Notes: generated from the letters alone by a model not told the origin. Shown: positions 9,380 through 22,079, counted from the first letter of the whole stretch. The stretch is 63,183 nucleotides of DNA, filler included, from Perkinsus olseni (GCA_013115125.1; 41 parts of 41 records of this genome joined end to end with filler, not necessarily neighbours in it); one strand, 5' to 3'. A program made the numbers and translations.

Positions 9380-11055
9380 NNNNNNNNNNNNNNNNNNNNN
9401 NNNNNNNNNNNNNNNNNNNNNNNTTAATTAATTAANNNNNNNNNNNNNNNNNNNNNNNNNNNNNNNNNNNNNNNNNNNNCGCAGTAGTCCGCCTTCTTAG
9501 TAAGTCTCAGTGTGTATGGGGAAGATAGATGGTCCGGTCCCTATCTCTCTTAAAGGGGTTCCTTGATTTTGTTCCATTGCTTCTTATCCATAACTATCTA
9601 TATGTCTATTTTGACGGGCACAATGTACGGGACGCCTCGCTGTTGGAAACATTAGCAGTGCTCTGATGGTGTTGTGTTTCTAAGTGGGGTTGCCAGTTAC
9701 TATGATTGCACTATCGGTATATTTCGATCTTAATTCTTGGAACGCGACCTATGTTACGGCAAGGGAGACTATTCTTCATCGTTGGATCTGGTCGTCTGTC
9801 TCGGGTTATCCGTAGCGCTATAATCTGGTGGAGGTAAATGTTGTTAAGTTCACCAGTGTGACAAATCAGTTTCACAGGCTTGGATGAAATGCCCCATGCA
9901 CTTGAAACTTGTTAGCATAGAGCAGGAAAACGGTTTTTTGGTTCGTCAACCTAGAAGTTGAAACTCACGTAACGCGACACAAAAAATCAACCCACTCCAT
10001 AACATTTGATACTTTCACTACTTGGACGATCCGCAAGTAGCGTCACAGCACATCATCATGCCACATCATGGCGCTCCACCGTCAGTTCATAGCTGATGTT
10101 CTTAATCCTTCCAGTGAAAGCTGGTACTACCGGCCGCGTCAGGAAGTGTGAGAGTGGAGGTCTACTGTTGTTCGGACACGACTGTTGATTCCTACGTTAT
10201 GCCGAAATTAATGTTCCTCACGACGCGTCCTGGCAAATTTGACGTGGCTATTGATTACCGTGTTGGCGAAATTGGTTCCACCGAGGCGTGTTTTAGCACG
10301 GATGGTCGGCGAATTCCAGTGGAACTACGAAGGAACACGGATCCCAGTTTCGGGCAATCAAAAAAACACCCCTCCCCACTAAGCGACTGCGACAAGGCGA
10401 GGGAACGACAAGAGAACTCGGCACACTAACTTACCTCTCCAACTGTTCTCAGGATTTCTCAGTCGGAAAAACCGCATCGAACACCCCCCCCCTCTTGAAA
10501 CGAGTGTACTCCGAGATACCCTTCCTGCCGTGTCTGGCTTGTTGACCGATGCATGTGTCTGCTCAGCCACTCGTGGATCGGCTGCAGCCAGCTGACAAGC
10601 ACTGACCGTATTATTAGGTTTCACGAAAATAGGCTCGTGGAGGCAGAAATACTATATGCAAAGATGAGTGCTCGCTTATGCAGCGTAAGCTGAACTCTTC
10701 ACGACCTTTCGCAGTCCGAACTCGGTAGCATAACTCGACTTGAACCCAACAGAGTTAGAGCACTGCTAATGTTTCCAACGACGAGACGTCTCGTAGTACA
10801 TTGTGCTGCTCGTCGAAACAGACATATACATAGATATGGATATGTAGCAATGAAATAAAATAAAGGGACCCCTCGACTCAAAGGATTTGAGAAATGGGAG
10901 CTCGTCCATCTACCTTCACATACACTGAGACTTATTAAGACGGCGGAGTACTACTNNNNNNNNNNNNNNNNNNNNNNNNNNNNNNNNNNNNNNNNNNNNT
11001 TAATTAATTAANNNNNNNNNNNNNNNNNNNNNNNNNNNNNNNNNNNNNNNNNNNN

Positions 11056-11344
11056 CAGGAGCATCAATAATAGTGTAGTGCCAAGAGTCTGTGAAGAACT
11101 CCTTAGTAGTGCAAGCGATGGTAACACCGCGCTCACGCTCCTCCTTCTGTCGATCCATATAGAAGGCGAAGGCGAAGGAGGATTTACCAAGACGATCCGC
11201 CTCCTGTTTAAGCTTCTCAAGCTCACGCTCAGGAATACCTCCGAGCTCGAAAAGAAGACGACCGGTGGTAGTAGACTTGCCCGAGTCGACATGGCCGCAG
11301 ATAACGATCGACATGTGGACCTTGCCCTCCTTGCCAGCAGACAT
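11056..11344 (-). CDS. EFL: Elongation factor-like GTPase (EFL), N-terminus of downstream copy
   Basis: [35 protein letters not shown]...[36 protein letters not shown] carries EFL-type rather than EF-1alpha residues. A pyrimidine tract plus AG lies just upstream of the ATG. Confidence 0.95.
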
Positions 11345-12340
11345 TGTCGTGGAAAACTGGAAAAACCGCCGCAAACACTGAGACAATTACTACATCTAGA
11401 CACGCTCCTCAATCTCCAAGCTGAAGTCGATTCACAATCACGATAATAACGCGGCAGTCAAGAGATCAAATCAAACCAACACGAGAGCTAGAAACAAGTA
11501 ACACCAACAGAAGATGTAATACTAGCCACACACTAGCTATGTCTACCCAGCACAAAGTCGGCTGAGCAGGAATGAGCGCCACGAACAGAACAATTCGAAC
11601 GCTGAAAATGAGGCATTTATACCAACCGAGGGTCATTATTGGGCAAGACAAGGCGACATTCTTGAACTAGCTTGAATCACTTATGCGATGACACATTGTG
11701 AAACACTCTCTGCTAGAGGGTCTCCAATACCAGAAACCGTATGGCTTGAAGTGTCGTCACGGAAGATGACAGAATCAATCGAAATAGCTTTGCACGCATG
11801 CGCACATCATTGATCGCTAGGAAGCAAGACTTCAAGTTGATGTACAAAGGGTGGAGGACGAAGAATATGGTTGGAATTCTACCTGACTCACTCTAATTTC
11901 GAGACGGAGAGCTTGGCCCATCCTTGGTCATGAAGCGGGAGCCTCAGCTCGAGCGGGGATACCGGGTTCAAGACGCCCATATACTATACCTTAATGAATA
12001 TGACTATATCGATTTCGATCTGGCAGCCAACTAACCCACCGGTGATTCGCGACCCGGGTACAAGGCATAAAATCACACAATATCATGCGAGGCTTCTTCC
12101 CAAAGTTCACTCAAACAATCTTTTTGAAAGCACTCTTGCAAACATTGAAGTTCTCAACTGATCCACGGGATCGACCGCGTGTCTTAGCTGATATGCGAAG
12201 CACCCAACAATTCCCCGAAACTAATGAACACAACCAATTCTGAATCACATTAGATCTCAGCTGAGCCTACTCTCGTTTAGATACACAAAGAACCCTACCA
12301 GGGATCAATGTCTAACAATCATAATATTGAAAAATGATAA

Positions 12341-12528
12341 CTACTTCACGTCCTTCGCAACAGTAGAGACACACTTGCCGAGCATGACAACACCGTTGCC
12401 TTCCATGAGAGCCACACGAGAGAGACCCTCGCAGTTCTTGAAAGAATCGACAACAAGAGGCTGAATAGGCTCGAACACGACCTCAGCCATTTCATTCGAC
12501 TTGAGAGCATGAGGATCCTCCATCTTCT
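12341..12528 (-). CDS. EFL: EFL C-terminus of upstream copy
   Basis: EDPHALKSNEMAEVVFEPIQPLVVDSFKNCEGLSRVALMEGNGVVMLGK, then stop. Confidence 0.92.
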
Positions 12529-13651
12529 NNNNNNNNNNNNNNNNNNNNNNNNNNNNNNNNNNNNNNNNNNNNTTAATTAATTAANNNNNNNNNNNNNNNN
12601 NNNNNNNNNNNNNNNNNNNNNNNNNNNNTTCTCAATGATGCGACGTTTTTGAGCCACTCTTCGAGCTTTGATTCAAAGCCTTTGGATTTCAATGTATCAA
12701 CAGTACTCTATAGATGATGTGAGCAGAAATTCAAGGGCGTTGTGGACTAAATGAACGTGAATCACGCCGCGTGATTGACCGCCGTGTGCTATGATACCAC
12801 ATCCGGTGGTCCATACACTAGGCCAGAGAGTGGTACACAGTACTACACACTTGGCGATCGAGGGTGGGCTGTATCACACAGGGTCTTTTTCAAAGGAAGC
12901 AGTAGAACTCTGAGAGTTCGACTCTTAGCGTAAAAGCCGTAAGAGTGTTCCTTCGGCTTCGACTCAGGCGGGTAATTCTCAGGGTGCCACCCTGAGGGTG
13001 GTTGACCTGGGTAACAGTTCCGGGACCGGGTTGAGTATTCAACCCCATTGGGACGCAGGTTCGATCCCCAGGGCCTACATTTTTTCGCGCATTTTTTCCT
13101 GCGCGCGCACCTTCTCAGAGAAGTAACTTCTCAGAAGTTCATAGTATCAAGTTCATACATGGACCTAGTATCGAATATTAATGAGTACCAGCCCCTTGGT
13201 ATGCGGAGTCCACAATTCTTATCATTACCCGTGATCAATTCGATGGTTCGGATACTACGAACGCAGGTGGACGATCCTCAGTGAAGATCTCAGAGGAGTT
13301 AGCGTTGGTTATAGAATCAGTGTGATACCATTCCGTGGCTACTTCCACGTAGAGGAAAACTGTTTATATAGCGCATCCGGTCCAACGGGATGTAGCCGAT
13401 GGGCTCACCAGCAGGCAGGTAATATTTCGGCGAGCCTCAGCTATCAATTATACGTTTTTCTTCAGGGACTGTGAGTATACGCAACAGCGACAGCTTGCAG
13501 AGAAGTATTGCTCTCACGGACTGTGAGTCACGGTCCCGTGAACTGACACAACAAAAGTTCGAGGGAAAAGATACATGGTAATTATAGGTGGAGGTCACCT
13601 GGTGAACAGCTCGCTACAAACTAGCATTCTGCCCAGGGTAGGATGAGGGCC

Positions 13652-13942
13652 TTATCCTCGGGTTCCTTTGATCACAATCTTTACACGCTTCGGCACCGGG
13701 GGCTGCATCTCCGGTGTCTGAGGACCTCTGGCTCGTGATCTACTGCGTTTCTTCGGCCGTCTAGAGGCGCTCGATCCTCCATACCTAAGACCATTTCGTG
13801 CTCCCGGAGGAAGCACACTCTCGTCGATTTGTCCATCCCGCTTCCGATGGCGCTTCGCACCTCTGAAGTATACTCTTACAACTTTCCATTGCTTGATCGC
13901 CTCAGGTTTTCTATCCTCGTCGTACCTGCGGGCGACGGCCAC
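13652..13942 (-). CDS. Hypothetical basic C-terminal exon
   Basis: Arg/Lys-rich 96-aa ORF preceded by a CAG acceptor. Confidence 0.35.
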   Translation of the reverse strand: MAVARRYDEDRKPEAIKQWKVVRVYFRGAKRHRKRDGQIDESVLPPGARNGLRYGGSSASRRPKKRSRSRARGPQTPEMQPPVPKRVKIVIKGTRG

Positions 13943-14023
13943 TGCATGCCCACAAACTTAGCTTTCGCCCCACTCAGGGCAGGTGCAATAAGAGGATGAT
14001 CGTCCATTGCGGGGGTAACGAAC

Positions 14024-14093
14024 CTAGGCACACTCGCAGCAAAGCCGCTAGACGTGCGATCTCGAGTTAGGCATTCATTGTGTTGCGATGGAG
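14024..14093. repeat. Dispersed repeat B, copy 1 (mobile element terminus)
   Basis: CTAGGCACACTCGCAGCAAAGCCGCTAGACGTGCGATCTCGAG..., shared with 23394 and 43390. Confidence 0.95.
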
Positions 14094-14268
14094 NNNNNNN
14101 NNNNNNNNNNNNNNNNNNNNNNNNNNNNNNNNNNNNNTTAATTAATTAANNNNNNNNNNNNNNNNNNNNNNNNNNNNNNNNNNNNNNNNNNNNAAGGTCG
14201 ACTCTTGAAACCCATCGGTGTCCACCTGAGGGGCGAATGCGTACCTCACTACTGGCGAGCCATGCCGG

Positions 14269-15207
14269 CTATAACGACACGAGGAGAGTTCCATAACTTA
14301 CTGAGAGCTCTATTTGTTTCGCCGGCACTCCGTAGGTGAGGAGACGATGAACGACGTCGCGTGCGAAGGCAACATCAATGGTGCGTCTGTCGAAGAGACC
14401 TGGATACCCGAACTGGACCGAGATGGTGTCGAAGTATCTCCCAACGCTCGCTTTCTTTATGTACTTCCACAACGGCGAATCTAAAGGCTCCGCCGAGAAA
14501 CTGAAAACACGCGAGGCTTCAGTCGGCTGCCGGGCCCGGAATTTCCGGGCCTGGAAATGAGGGCTTCTGAGAGGGGCCCGCACTCACCCAAGTGACGCTC
14601 CGACCGGTTTTCCGGACCTGGTCTTCAACGGACGACGGATAATCCTACTGACTTTCCACGAAATCTTCCACAAGAATTGTTCACATTTCCCAGCCCAAAT
14701 CCAAAAAGTCACCTCGTCCACGTTAAATTGGGTGACATAAGACTGAAGCTCACGCTTGAAGGCGGTGAAGTTCAATTTACCAGGAGAGCATTTATCGAAG
14801 GGGTAGTCGTCTGTCCACAGCAATAGAGACATCCTCGTACCGTACTTTCTGGCACAATCAGCTATTTCATTGACCATCGTGACGTTTTTCACCTCCGAGT
14901 AGATAGACCCATTGAACAGTAACGTGGCGCCCTCTAGGTAGAACTTGTTGACACCCCGGGAGAACATATTGCAGATATCATCGATTGGTATTACCCACTC
15001 TTGACTACTGAAGGACACCATCGTCCCATCATTACGGGGGACCAACCCGAATAGGATCACAGCGAAGAAGCGCGGGCTGATGACCATCTGGGACAACACC
15101 AATAGCTGATCATGATAAGGATAGGGACCTCCTATCAGCATCGTGACGAACGCAGCGTTGCTCCGATCTCGGAAGGGCGTACAAATCGTACGGTGACATA
15201 GTATCAC
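14269..15207 (-). CDS. Hypothetical protein, possibly divergent GH18/chitinase-like, split across exons or ORFs
   Basis: Two abutting in-frame ORFs. LLTYGVPAKQIELSVSYG resembles the GH18 'GVP-x-K-x-x-LG-x-P-x-YG' segment, but no DxDxE motif is seen. Confidence 0.4.
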
Positions 15208-15939
15208 GGAGCGTCCTGATACACCATCAACTTCAATTGATCATTGACGTTGATGGTGAATCGAGTTTGTACCGCAAAGTATCATAATGATATCGTTACA
15301 GTTGTGATTCACTTGCAACAAACGCCGATGATGGGCTGAACGTGATACCCACATTCTGAATATCTCACACCCGAACTTTACATAACGCATGAAGCATATA
15401 CCACTTCCAACTGCAGTTGACGGAAGGTCAACGGCTGACTGCGGGAAACGGAGGGGACCGTTCTAGGCTCTATTTCCTGCAGTTGCGCATGATCTGGGAC
15501 GCTGAAGGTTCGGCCGCAGTTGTGCCATTTGCTAGCGATGCTAGCCAAGCATCGCCGCACGACGTCACGCCTGCTGCCACCATCACTGTCTCCAGGTGAT
15601 CTTTCTGAACGCCATTTTTAGGCCAGTCAATGGTGTGATTGCCAAATTGAAAACTCTNNNNNNNNNNNNNNNNNNNNNNNNNNNNNNNNNNNNNNNNNNN
15701 NTTAATTAATTAANNNNNNNNNNNNNNNNNNNNNNNNNNNNNNNNNNNNNNNNNNNNCTGCGAAACGCCGCAGGATTCCTGTTCAAACTATCACCATTAA
15801 TCTCCTTTCACTATATAAGCTCTCACACTAACTCACTGGCAGACAGTCTGTCTCGTGGCGCCAACGTGTTGTTGCCATCGAACTGGCAGGCCTGCTCACC
15901 CCCGCTCGAGCGGATCAAACAGGACACTAACTAGGTGAC

Positions 15940-17199
15940 ATGTCAACGATCTCAGGTACTAGCAAACCACTCGCTCCTACCGAACGCAAAGTGTTGGAAC
16001 ACAAAAACTCAGGAGGGTTTGTCCTATCACAATTTCTGAATACGGCGCTGGCTCCGAAGACTCGGCAGTCGTATGACTCTGTTATTCGCTTGTATACCGA
16101 ATTTTGCCTGCCCTACCCTCCGTCCCCCTTACAAGTGCCTCATCTACAAGACTTCGTTCATGCTCTGTCAATGACCGGCTCCCACAAGGGGAGCACGATT
16201 GACAACTACGTTCGCATTCTCAAGGCAACGAATCTCCGACGCGGTTCTGAGCTAGATGCTCCATCCGTGTTTGCTATCAAAGTTGCAGTCAAAGCCGCCA
16301 AGAAGCGGACTGGTGGACCTGAAGCCGCCCAAAAGCGAGCACTCACAAAAGATGAGGTCGTTGGCATAGGCGAGGTCCAGACGGTTCCTGGTGTCGTAAA
16401 TAATCTACAAGAGTTTCGGGCTGCGACTTTGATTGCAATATTTGGTCTTTTACGTTGTAGGGAAGCTCTATCATTGAAGCGCGGAGATGTTGTCTTCAGC
16501 AGTGCTCAGGCAGCCATCACGCTGAGGAAATCCAAGACCGACCAGTTCATGGCTGGTCATACCGTCGTTATTGGCTGTTCGGCCAAGAGCCGCCCTGGCC
16601 CCTGTGTGGATGGATTCTGCCCCTTTCTACGGCTAAAGGCCTGGTTCGAGTCCTGTTCCGGGCAAGCTGACGACTTGCTTTTTCCCGGCCTGACGTATGA
16701 AACCTGGAGACTGGACCTAAGATGCGTGATCGCATATCTCTCCGGTACTCCGACCTCACTAGATGGCGTTGGTACAACGTCCGTGGCCCTTCATTCCCTT
16801 CGGCGCACGGGAGAGCAACTGCTCTGGAGAGCAGGCTTCTCGCTCCTACACTTGCGAGAATATGGGAGGTGGCGCTCCAACGCCTATCTAGAATACCTCA
16901 AAGGTGTGACCTTGTCTGAAGCGCCTTCCTATGCAGCGGCAATGATGGCGCAACCGCCGGAAGCCTTGCCAGAGCCGGCCCTTAAAGCGCACAAGGAACA
17001 TATGGTCTCCAGTACTGTTTCGGATCCTTCGGCTTCCCTCATGGAAGGAGCGCCCGCAAAGGATAAATGTGGAGCTTCCAGTACCTTACTCAAACGCCCA
17101 CGGACTTCTAGGACGACTCCCGCAAGCGAGGACAGGGGAGACCGCATGGGAAGGCTGGTAGTGCATGGTCCAAAGGGACCTGGTAGCCGAGCTACCTAA
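15940..17199 (+). mobile_element. Tyrosine recombinase of a DIRS/Ngaro/VIPER-type retroelement
   Basis: LAPKTRQSY N-domain. Catalytic R (GLLRCRE), K (RKSKTDQ), HSLRR, GRW-x-S and Y (YLEYL). Confidence 0.9.
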
Positions 17200-17320
17200 G
17201 CAACCAGCTTGCTGCCTTCANNNNNNNNNNNNNNNNNNNNNNNNNNNNNNNNNNNNNNNNNNNNTTAATTAATTAANNNNNNNNNNNNNNNNNNNNNNNN
17301 NNNNNNNNNNNNNNNNNNNN

Positions 17321-18655
17321 AGGCAGATATCATCAACATACTCCCAGTGAAGGAGTGGGAGATCATCGACCGAGGCCTCGCAGTTTGACAACGCGGCTTC
17401 GATGAGGCACGTGAGAGCTTCGCGGAGAACAGCCGGGCCACATCGTAGGCCGAAAACAAGGCGGCGCGCTGCGTAGCGCCGACCGAGAGAGCGTATCACA
17501 GCCGTGTGACCATGGAGCCTGACGCGATAAAACGCCGTAGCCGCGTCCAGCGTGCAAAAAGTCAACCGATGAGATGAAGCTTGAGCACCCACGCGCGCGC
17601 GGCGCGAGGATCGTGGCACAGGAGTCCCCGGGGTATGAACTCGGCGGTGATGTAGCATTCCCGCGCCTAAGGTCGACACAGGGTCGTACCTTCTCTCCCT
17701 GCACGACCGGAAAAGCGATCGCCTCCGGAAGGCAGGAATGGTCCTCAGTGCCCTCCGAGGGGAGCCTCTCCTGGAGAGGCTCCCACCAACCGCGCTCCTG
17801 GAAGCGGTCGAGCTCCTCAAGGTACGACTGTTGTTGGGAGGAGGATAGGCCGGCGAAGAGGGATTGGGGGTAGTCGTGTACAGGCCCTTGCCGCGCCAGC
17901 GGCGACGACGACCACCGAACCTCAACTGTGTGGCTCTGAGTAGGGCAATCCTTTGCCTCGCCATCGGCGAGAGGTCTCAAGCGGATGGAGTATTCCGGAG
18001 CGGCCTTAACCTGACGCCATTGTGCACCCAACTTGGCCGTGCGTCCAAAGCACGCACTCTCCTGAGCGGGTCCACTCACAGCCAGGAGCTCATCAACGCC
18101 TCGTTCGCAGCGGTAAACCACGTGTTGACGCTCTTCAACAACAGTGATGGGGAGGTCCTCCCCTGCGAGAGCCACGTACAGCAGGTGGCCGTCCTGGGCC
18201 AGATCGGTGGACGAGGAGTCACTAGAGGGTCTCACAGGAGTACGAACGATGACCTGGCGTGAACCCGAGACCTCGTCGAAGCACAGCGAGATCTTCAACG
18301 CGCACATGGACCGGACGCCGAGGATACACGTGGAACCGTCCACGCCCGGGGAAGCACCGCTTCCGGGGAGAACGAAAAATTGTAGCTCATGATCTCGGCC
18401 GTCACGGTTCACCGTAACCTGAGTGGTGCCACTAAGCTTGACGACCGCGCCGTTAGCGAGCTTGGCAGAGGTCGAGCATGGGCTGATCTTCCAACCCCTT
18501 GCAACAGCCAGCTCATGACTAACGTAGTTTCGAACAGCACCAGAATCCAGAAGAGCTGTGAAAGAGGGCTGCCCCCCAGCGGGGTGAAGGGTAAGCGTGG
18601 GCCCCGCCTGCTTCGCAGGCGCTCCGTCCGCGGTCTCTTGGACGGCCCACAGCAT
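17321..18655 (-). mobile_element. Retrotransposon pol: aspartic protease plus RT, with one frameshift
   Basis: LLDSGA...ILG protease, then VRPCVDLR. In the second frame LDAATAFYRV, LVFGLRCGP and YVDD. Confidence 0.9.
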
Positions 18656-18883
18656 CTGGAGGTCCTCCTCCGGAGAATCGGGACAGCTATTGCCGGCGGC
18701 CTCGCCGGGGTGTCCGCGCGCATCAGACGCGGAGATGGCCTTCAGGTCCCTGTTCGAGGATGTCGGCTGACGGGATGGTGGTCNNNNNNNNNNNNNNNNN
18801 NNNNNNNNNNNNNNNNNNNNNNNNNNNTTAATTAATTAANNNNNNNNNNNNNNNNNNNNNNNNNNNNNNNNNNNNNNNNNNNN

Positions 18884-20344
18884 GAATGAAGCCACAAGGA
18901 TGTTTGATGGGGCATTGAGAGGGTTCGATAGGAACGTTAAAGAGTTATCACGAGGAGATGCAACACATACGATAGCAATGAATAAAGCTATGCGTGACGC
19001 TGAGCGTACAGTGGAAAGAATTGGAGATGCTGTAGAGAGAGAAGAAAAAGATTCAGAGAGTGCTTTAGAGAGGATGGATACTAGTCTAGAGCAGTCAGCA
19101 ACAGGACAGATCCAGGCTATTGAATCATCGACAAGCAATGAGAAGGCAATATTATCACGAAGAGCTGAAATGATTAATAGTAATTTAGCACAGATCACAG
19201 CACAGAGTGAACAGTCGGCCGCTAGAACTGCTGATAGTTATTCACAATTAACTGGTACATTGGCTGTGAACAATGAGAGAGAGATTGAGCATCAGCAAGG
19301 GATTATAGATGGAGCTGAGCAAACTATAGAGAGCGCAGAGAATGATGTAGATAATAATATTAAAGTTAAGGTTGGCGATAAGGAGAAGTTGCTTGTTAAA
19401 TCACAATCCGCTATGAAAGGTATGCTGAGTGGATCTGAGATGGACTTCCAAAATGCTATAACAAAAAGCCGTCAGAATGTTGAGACTATGAGAAATACAT
19501 TGGAGGCACGAGCCCAATCTGATAGGAAAATTAATGATGCAGATGTGAAGAATATGGAAGAAGAATCAAAAGGGCAGCTGGATAGGCTCATGGAGGCGGA
19601 GGATTCAGTTCATGCTTCCATTGAAGGATTGCCTGACGTCGAAACAGCTGTAGGGAGTAGTTCTGAAGGAGCTCATGATATATTGAATGAGATAAAAGGA
19701 TTAAAACAAGATGTGACAAGCTTGATGAATCCTATTAGAGCCGAAGAGGATAAGATGAAGTACGCTGTTAGAGGTCTCGAATCATCAGGAAGTGGTCAAT
19801 TAAATTCAATTCAAGGTATTGATACTGTTAATATTGGGAAGGCAAAAGGGGTACTACATCAACTGGTAACAGATTCAGAAGAACAGATGGATACAAATAT
19901 GAGGAAGCAAATATCACATCTGGCCTCCACTCATGGTATATCTATGAATAGGATAAAAGAGATGCTCGCAGGATTACAAGTTAATGAGCAAAATCAGATA
20001 GCAATGACGGGGAAGATGCGTGATAACATCGCTGACGTAGAGGGAGAGGAGAAGACCGCAAAGGCTAACTTTGGGAAAAGGATGTCACAGACCGTTGCAC
20101 GTGAGCGAGTTATGAGCAAAAAACAGTATCATGACCAGCTCATGAAACTCAAAGAAGAGGAGAAGGAAGCCAAGGGTTTGCTACTGAAATCTGTCCGAGA
20201 TGCTACTGCCAATCTATTATCGGGAGGGAAGGCTAATCAACTGGAGATTCTGCATTCTGTTGATAGCTTACTACGGGTACTAGACAAACTACATAGTGAG
20301 GATATAAAAGAGGATACCGCACTGGCTGATGCTGTTTCCAAATA
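18884..20344 (+). CDS. Internal fragment of a large coiled-coil protein
   Basis: Open across the whole contig, rich in E/K/S/A/M heptads. Confidence 0.8.
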
Positions 20345-20978
20345 NNNNNNNNNNNNNNNNNNNNNNNNNNNNNNNNNNNNNNNNNNNNTTAATTAATTAA
20401 NNNNNNNNNNNNNNNNNNNNNNNNNNNNNNNNNNNNNNNNNNNNCGTGCGTGGACTACGGCTGTGCGGCCGGTTGTCAAGAGGCTCATTATTCATGATCC
20501 ATCCTGAAGTACCCACCCTCCCCTATTACTACCACCCTGGTAACTCCGAGTATTCTCTCAGCGGATATTCGTAGACCCAACAATGAATAAGGGGATATGA
20601 GACTTTGCCACTGTACAATGCTACAATAGTGATGATCAAGGACAAAGTCCACAATGTCCGATAGCCCGTCAAGAACAGTCATAATGGTCAGAAAGACTGC
20701 CTTGGCAGAAGAAAATTACTGGCGAGTACACAGCTCGGCGGCCCAACTTGACCGGCAACTCAAAACCATCAAGTTTTGAGGAAATCTGAACCAGTTGTAA
20801 AAGTAATCTACTTGAAAAATGTCGTCGATGATTTCCACGACTTGCAACAATCCGAAAAAAAGGAACCCGCGTCAGTGACGGGGTGGTGCTGTACAGTACT
20901 CTGATAGAGAGGATGCTACAGCAATACTCCAGAAGAATGGTGGGATGCGGGAACTTCTCCTTCTTACCGAGGCTGAAA

Positions 20979-21824
20979 TTAGCTCTTATATAGACTATCA
21001 GTCGTGAAGCGTCCACGGACATGCATAACATCAGGGGCAGCGAACCCCACAGTTAGGTAATTCGCAACCTCAAGGTCAACTGGCGACAAATCGGGGCAGA
21101 CTTTTTCAAGACTTTTGACAAGGTCCTGCAACGTCTCCCCACCTTTCATAGGAATCACCTTGTAGCGCTCACCAAAACGCTGTCGAAGCAGACTGTACCT
21201 CTTGAAACCAGTATCGCCAGTAGCGCAGCCGAGCTTCACTGCAACACTTCCATCCTCGTTGACGTTGTATTGCATCTTCACCTGTAGTTGTGAGGACTTG
21301 CTGCCAGAGAACTCTCCTGGAGCCAGTGGCAACCACTCGCGCTCGAGAGTGACGATATCACGAAGACGAGCCTTTAAATTGCCCATCTCGTCATAAAAAA
21401 CATAGAATAAACAGGGAGTGAAAGAAAAGTCCAATTGCGGGCATGCGGCATCAAGGCGAGGAAGGTGGAAAAGGTAGTCCTGGTATGATGACCATGTGTA
21501 GAGTGGCCTGGTAGCCGTGCCATGATTCGTCAGAGCGAACCAGGGAGTCGAATATTCACTTTCGCACTCAACGGAGAACATACCTCTGCCGTCGGGGGAA
21601 AGAACAAAGCCGAGCGTCGCAACGTCAGACTGGTATAAAAAGGAGGCGTTAGAGTCGACAGGGCCAAGGGAGAGAGTTGTAGGCTCGGGAGGGCGGGTCG
21701 TTCCCGGGGCAACATGTCTCCCAGGTTGAACAGGCGATCCAGGCTTGGAGACACCCTCCGGTCTATTACCGTAAACCAGAAGGGCGAGAGAAAAAACGGA
21801 GGCGACGATGAGAGGATGCGCCAT
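20979..21824 (-). CDS. Secreted lineage-specific protein (281 aa)
   Basis: Signal peptide MAHPLIVASVFSLALLVYG, Pro-rich linker, two Cys-containing beta-rich modules (second begins LAPGEF). Confidence 0.8.
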   Translation of the reverse strand: MAHPLIVASVFSLALLVYGNRPEGVSKPGSPVQPGRHVAPGTTRPPEPTTLSLGPVDSNASFLYQSDVATLGFVLSPDGRGMFSVECESEYSTPWFALTNHGTATRPLYTWSSYQDYLFHLPRLDAACPQLDFSFTPCLFYVFYDEMGNLKARLRDIVTLEREWLPLAPGEFSGSKSSQLQVKMQYNVNEDGSVAVKLGCATGDTGFKRYSLLRQRFGERYKVIPMKGGETLQDLVKSLEKVCPDLSPVDLEVANYLTVGFAAPDVMHVRGRFTTDSLYKS

Positions 21825-22004
21825 AACGAGTGAATGAACAGCAATCTAGTGGAGGAGCAGGTATGGTGGGGAGATCGTGACGCTTGCGGTTGTGCGGGTC
21901 GTTCNNNNNNNNNNNNNNNNNNNNNNNNNNNNNNNNNNNNNNNNNNNNTTAATTAATTAANNNNNNNNNNNNNNNNNNNNNNNNNNNNNNNNNNNNNNNN
22001 NNNN

Positions 22005-22079
22005 GCGGGTCCTTCCCCGCTCGGGCCGCTACATTTGTGAGGTACCCCGCATAGAGCGAGGCCTCCGTCCACCCAGAAT
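22005..22079. repeat. Dispersed repeat A, copy 1
   Basis: Shares the exact core ACATTTGTGAGGTACCCCGCAT, similar flanks and a GAAT end with 42080-42159. Confidence 0.9.

Noticed and set aside
11056-11344. Canonical EF-1alpha
   Set aside because: Diagnostic residues ([29 protein letters not shown]) are EFL-type.
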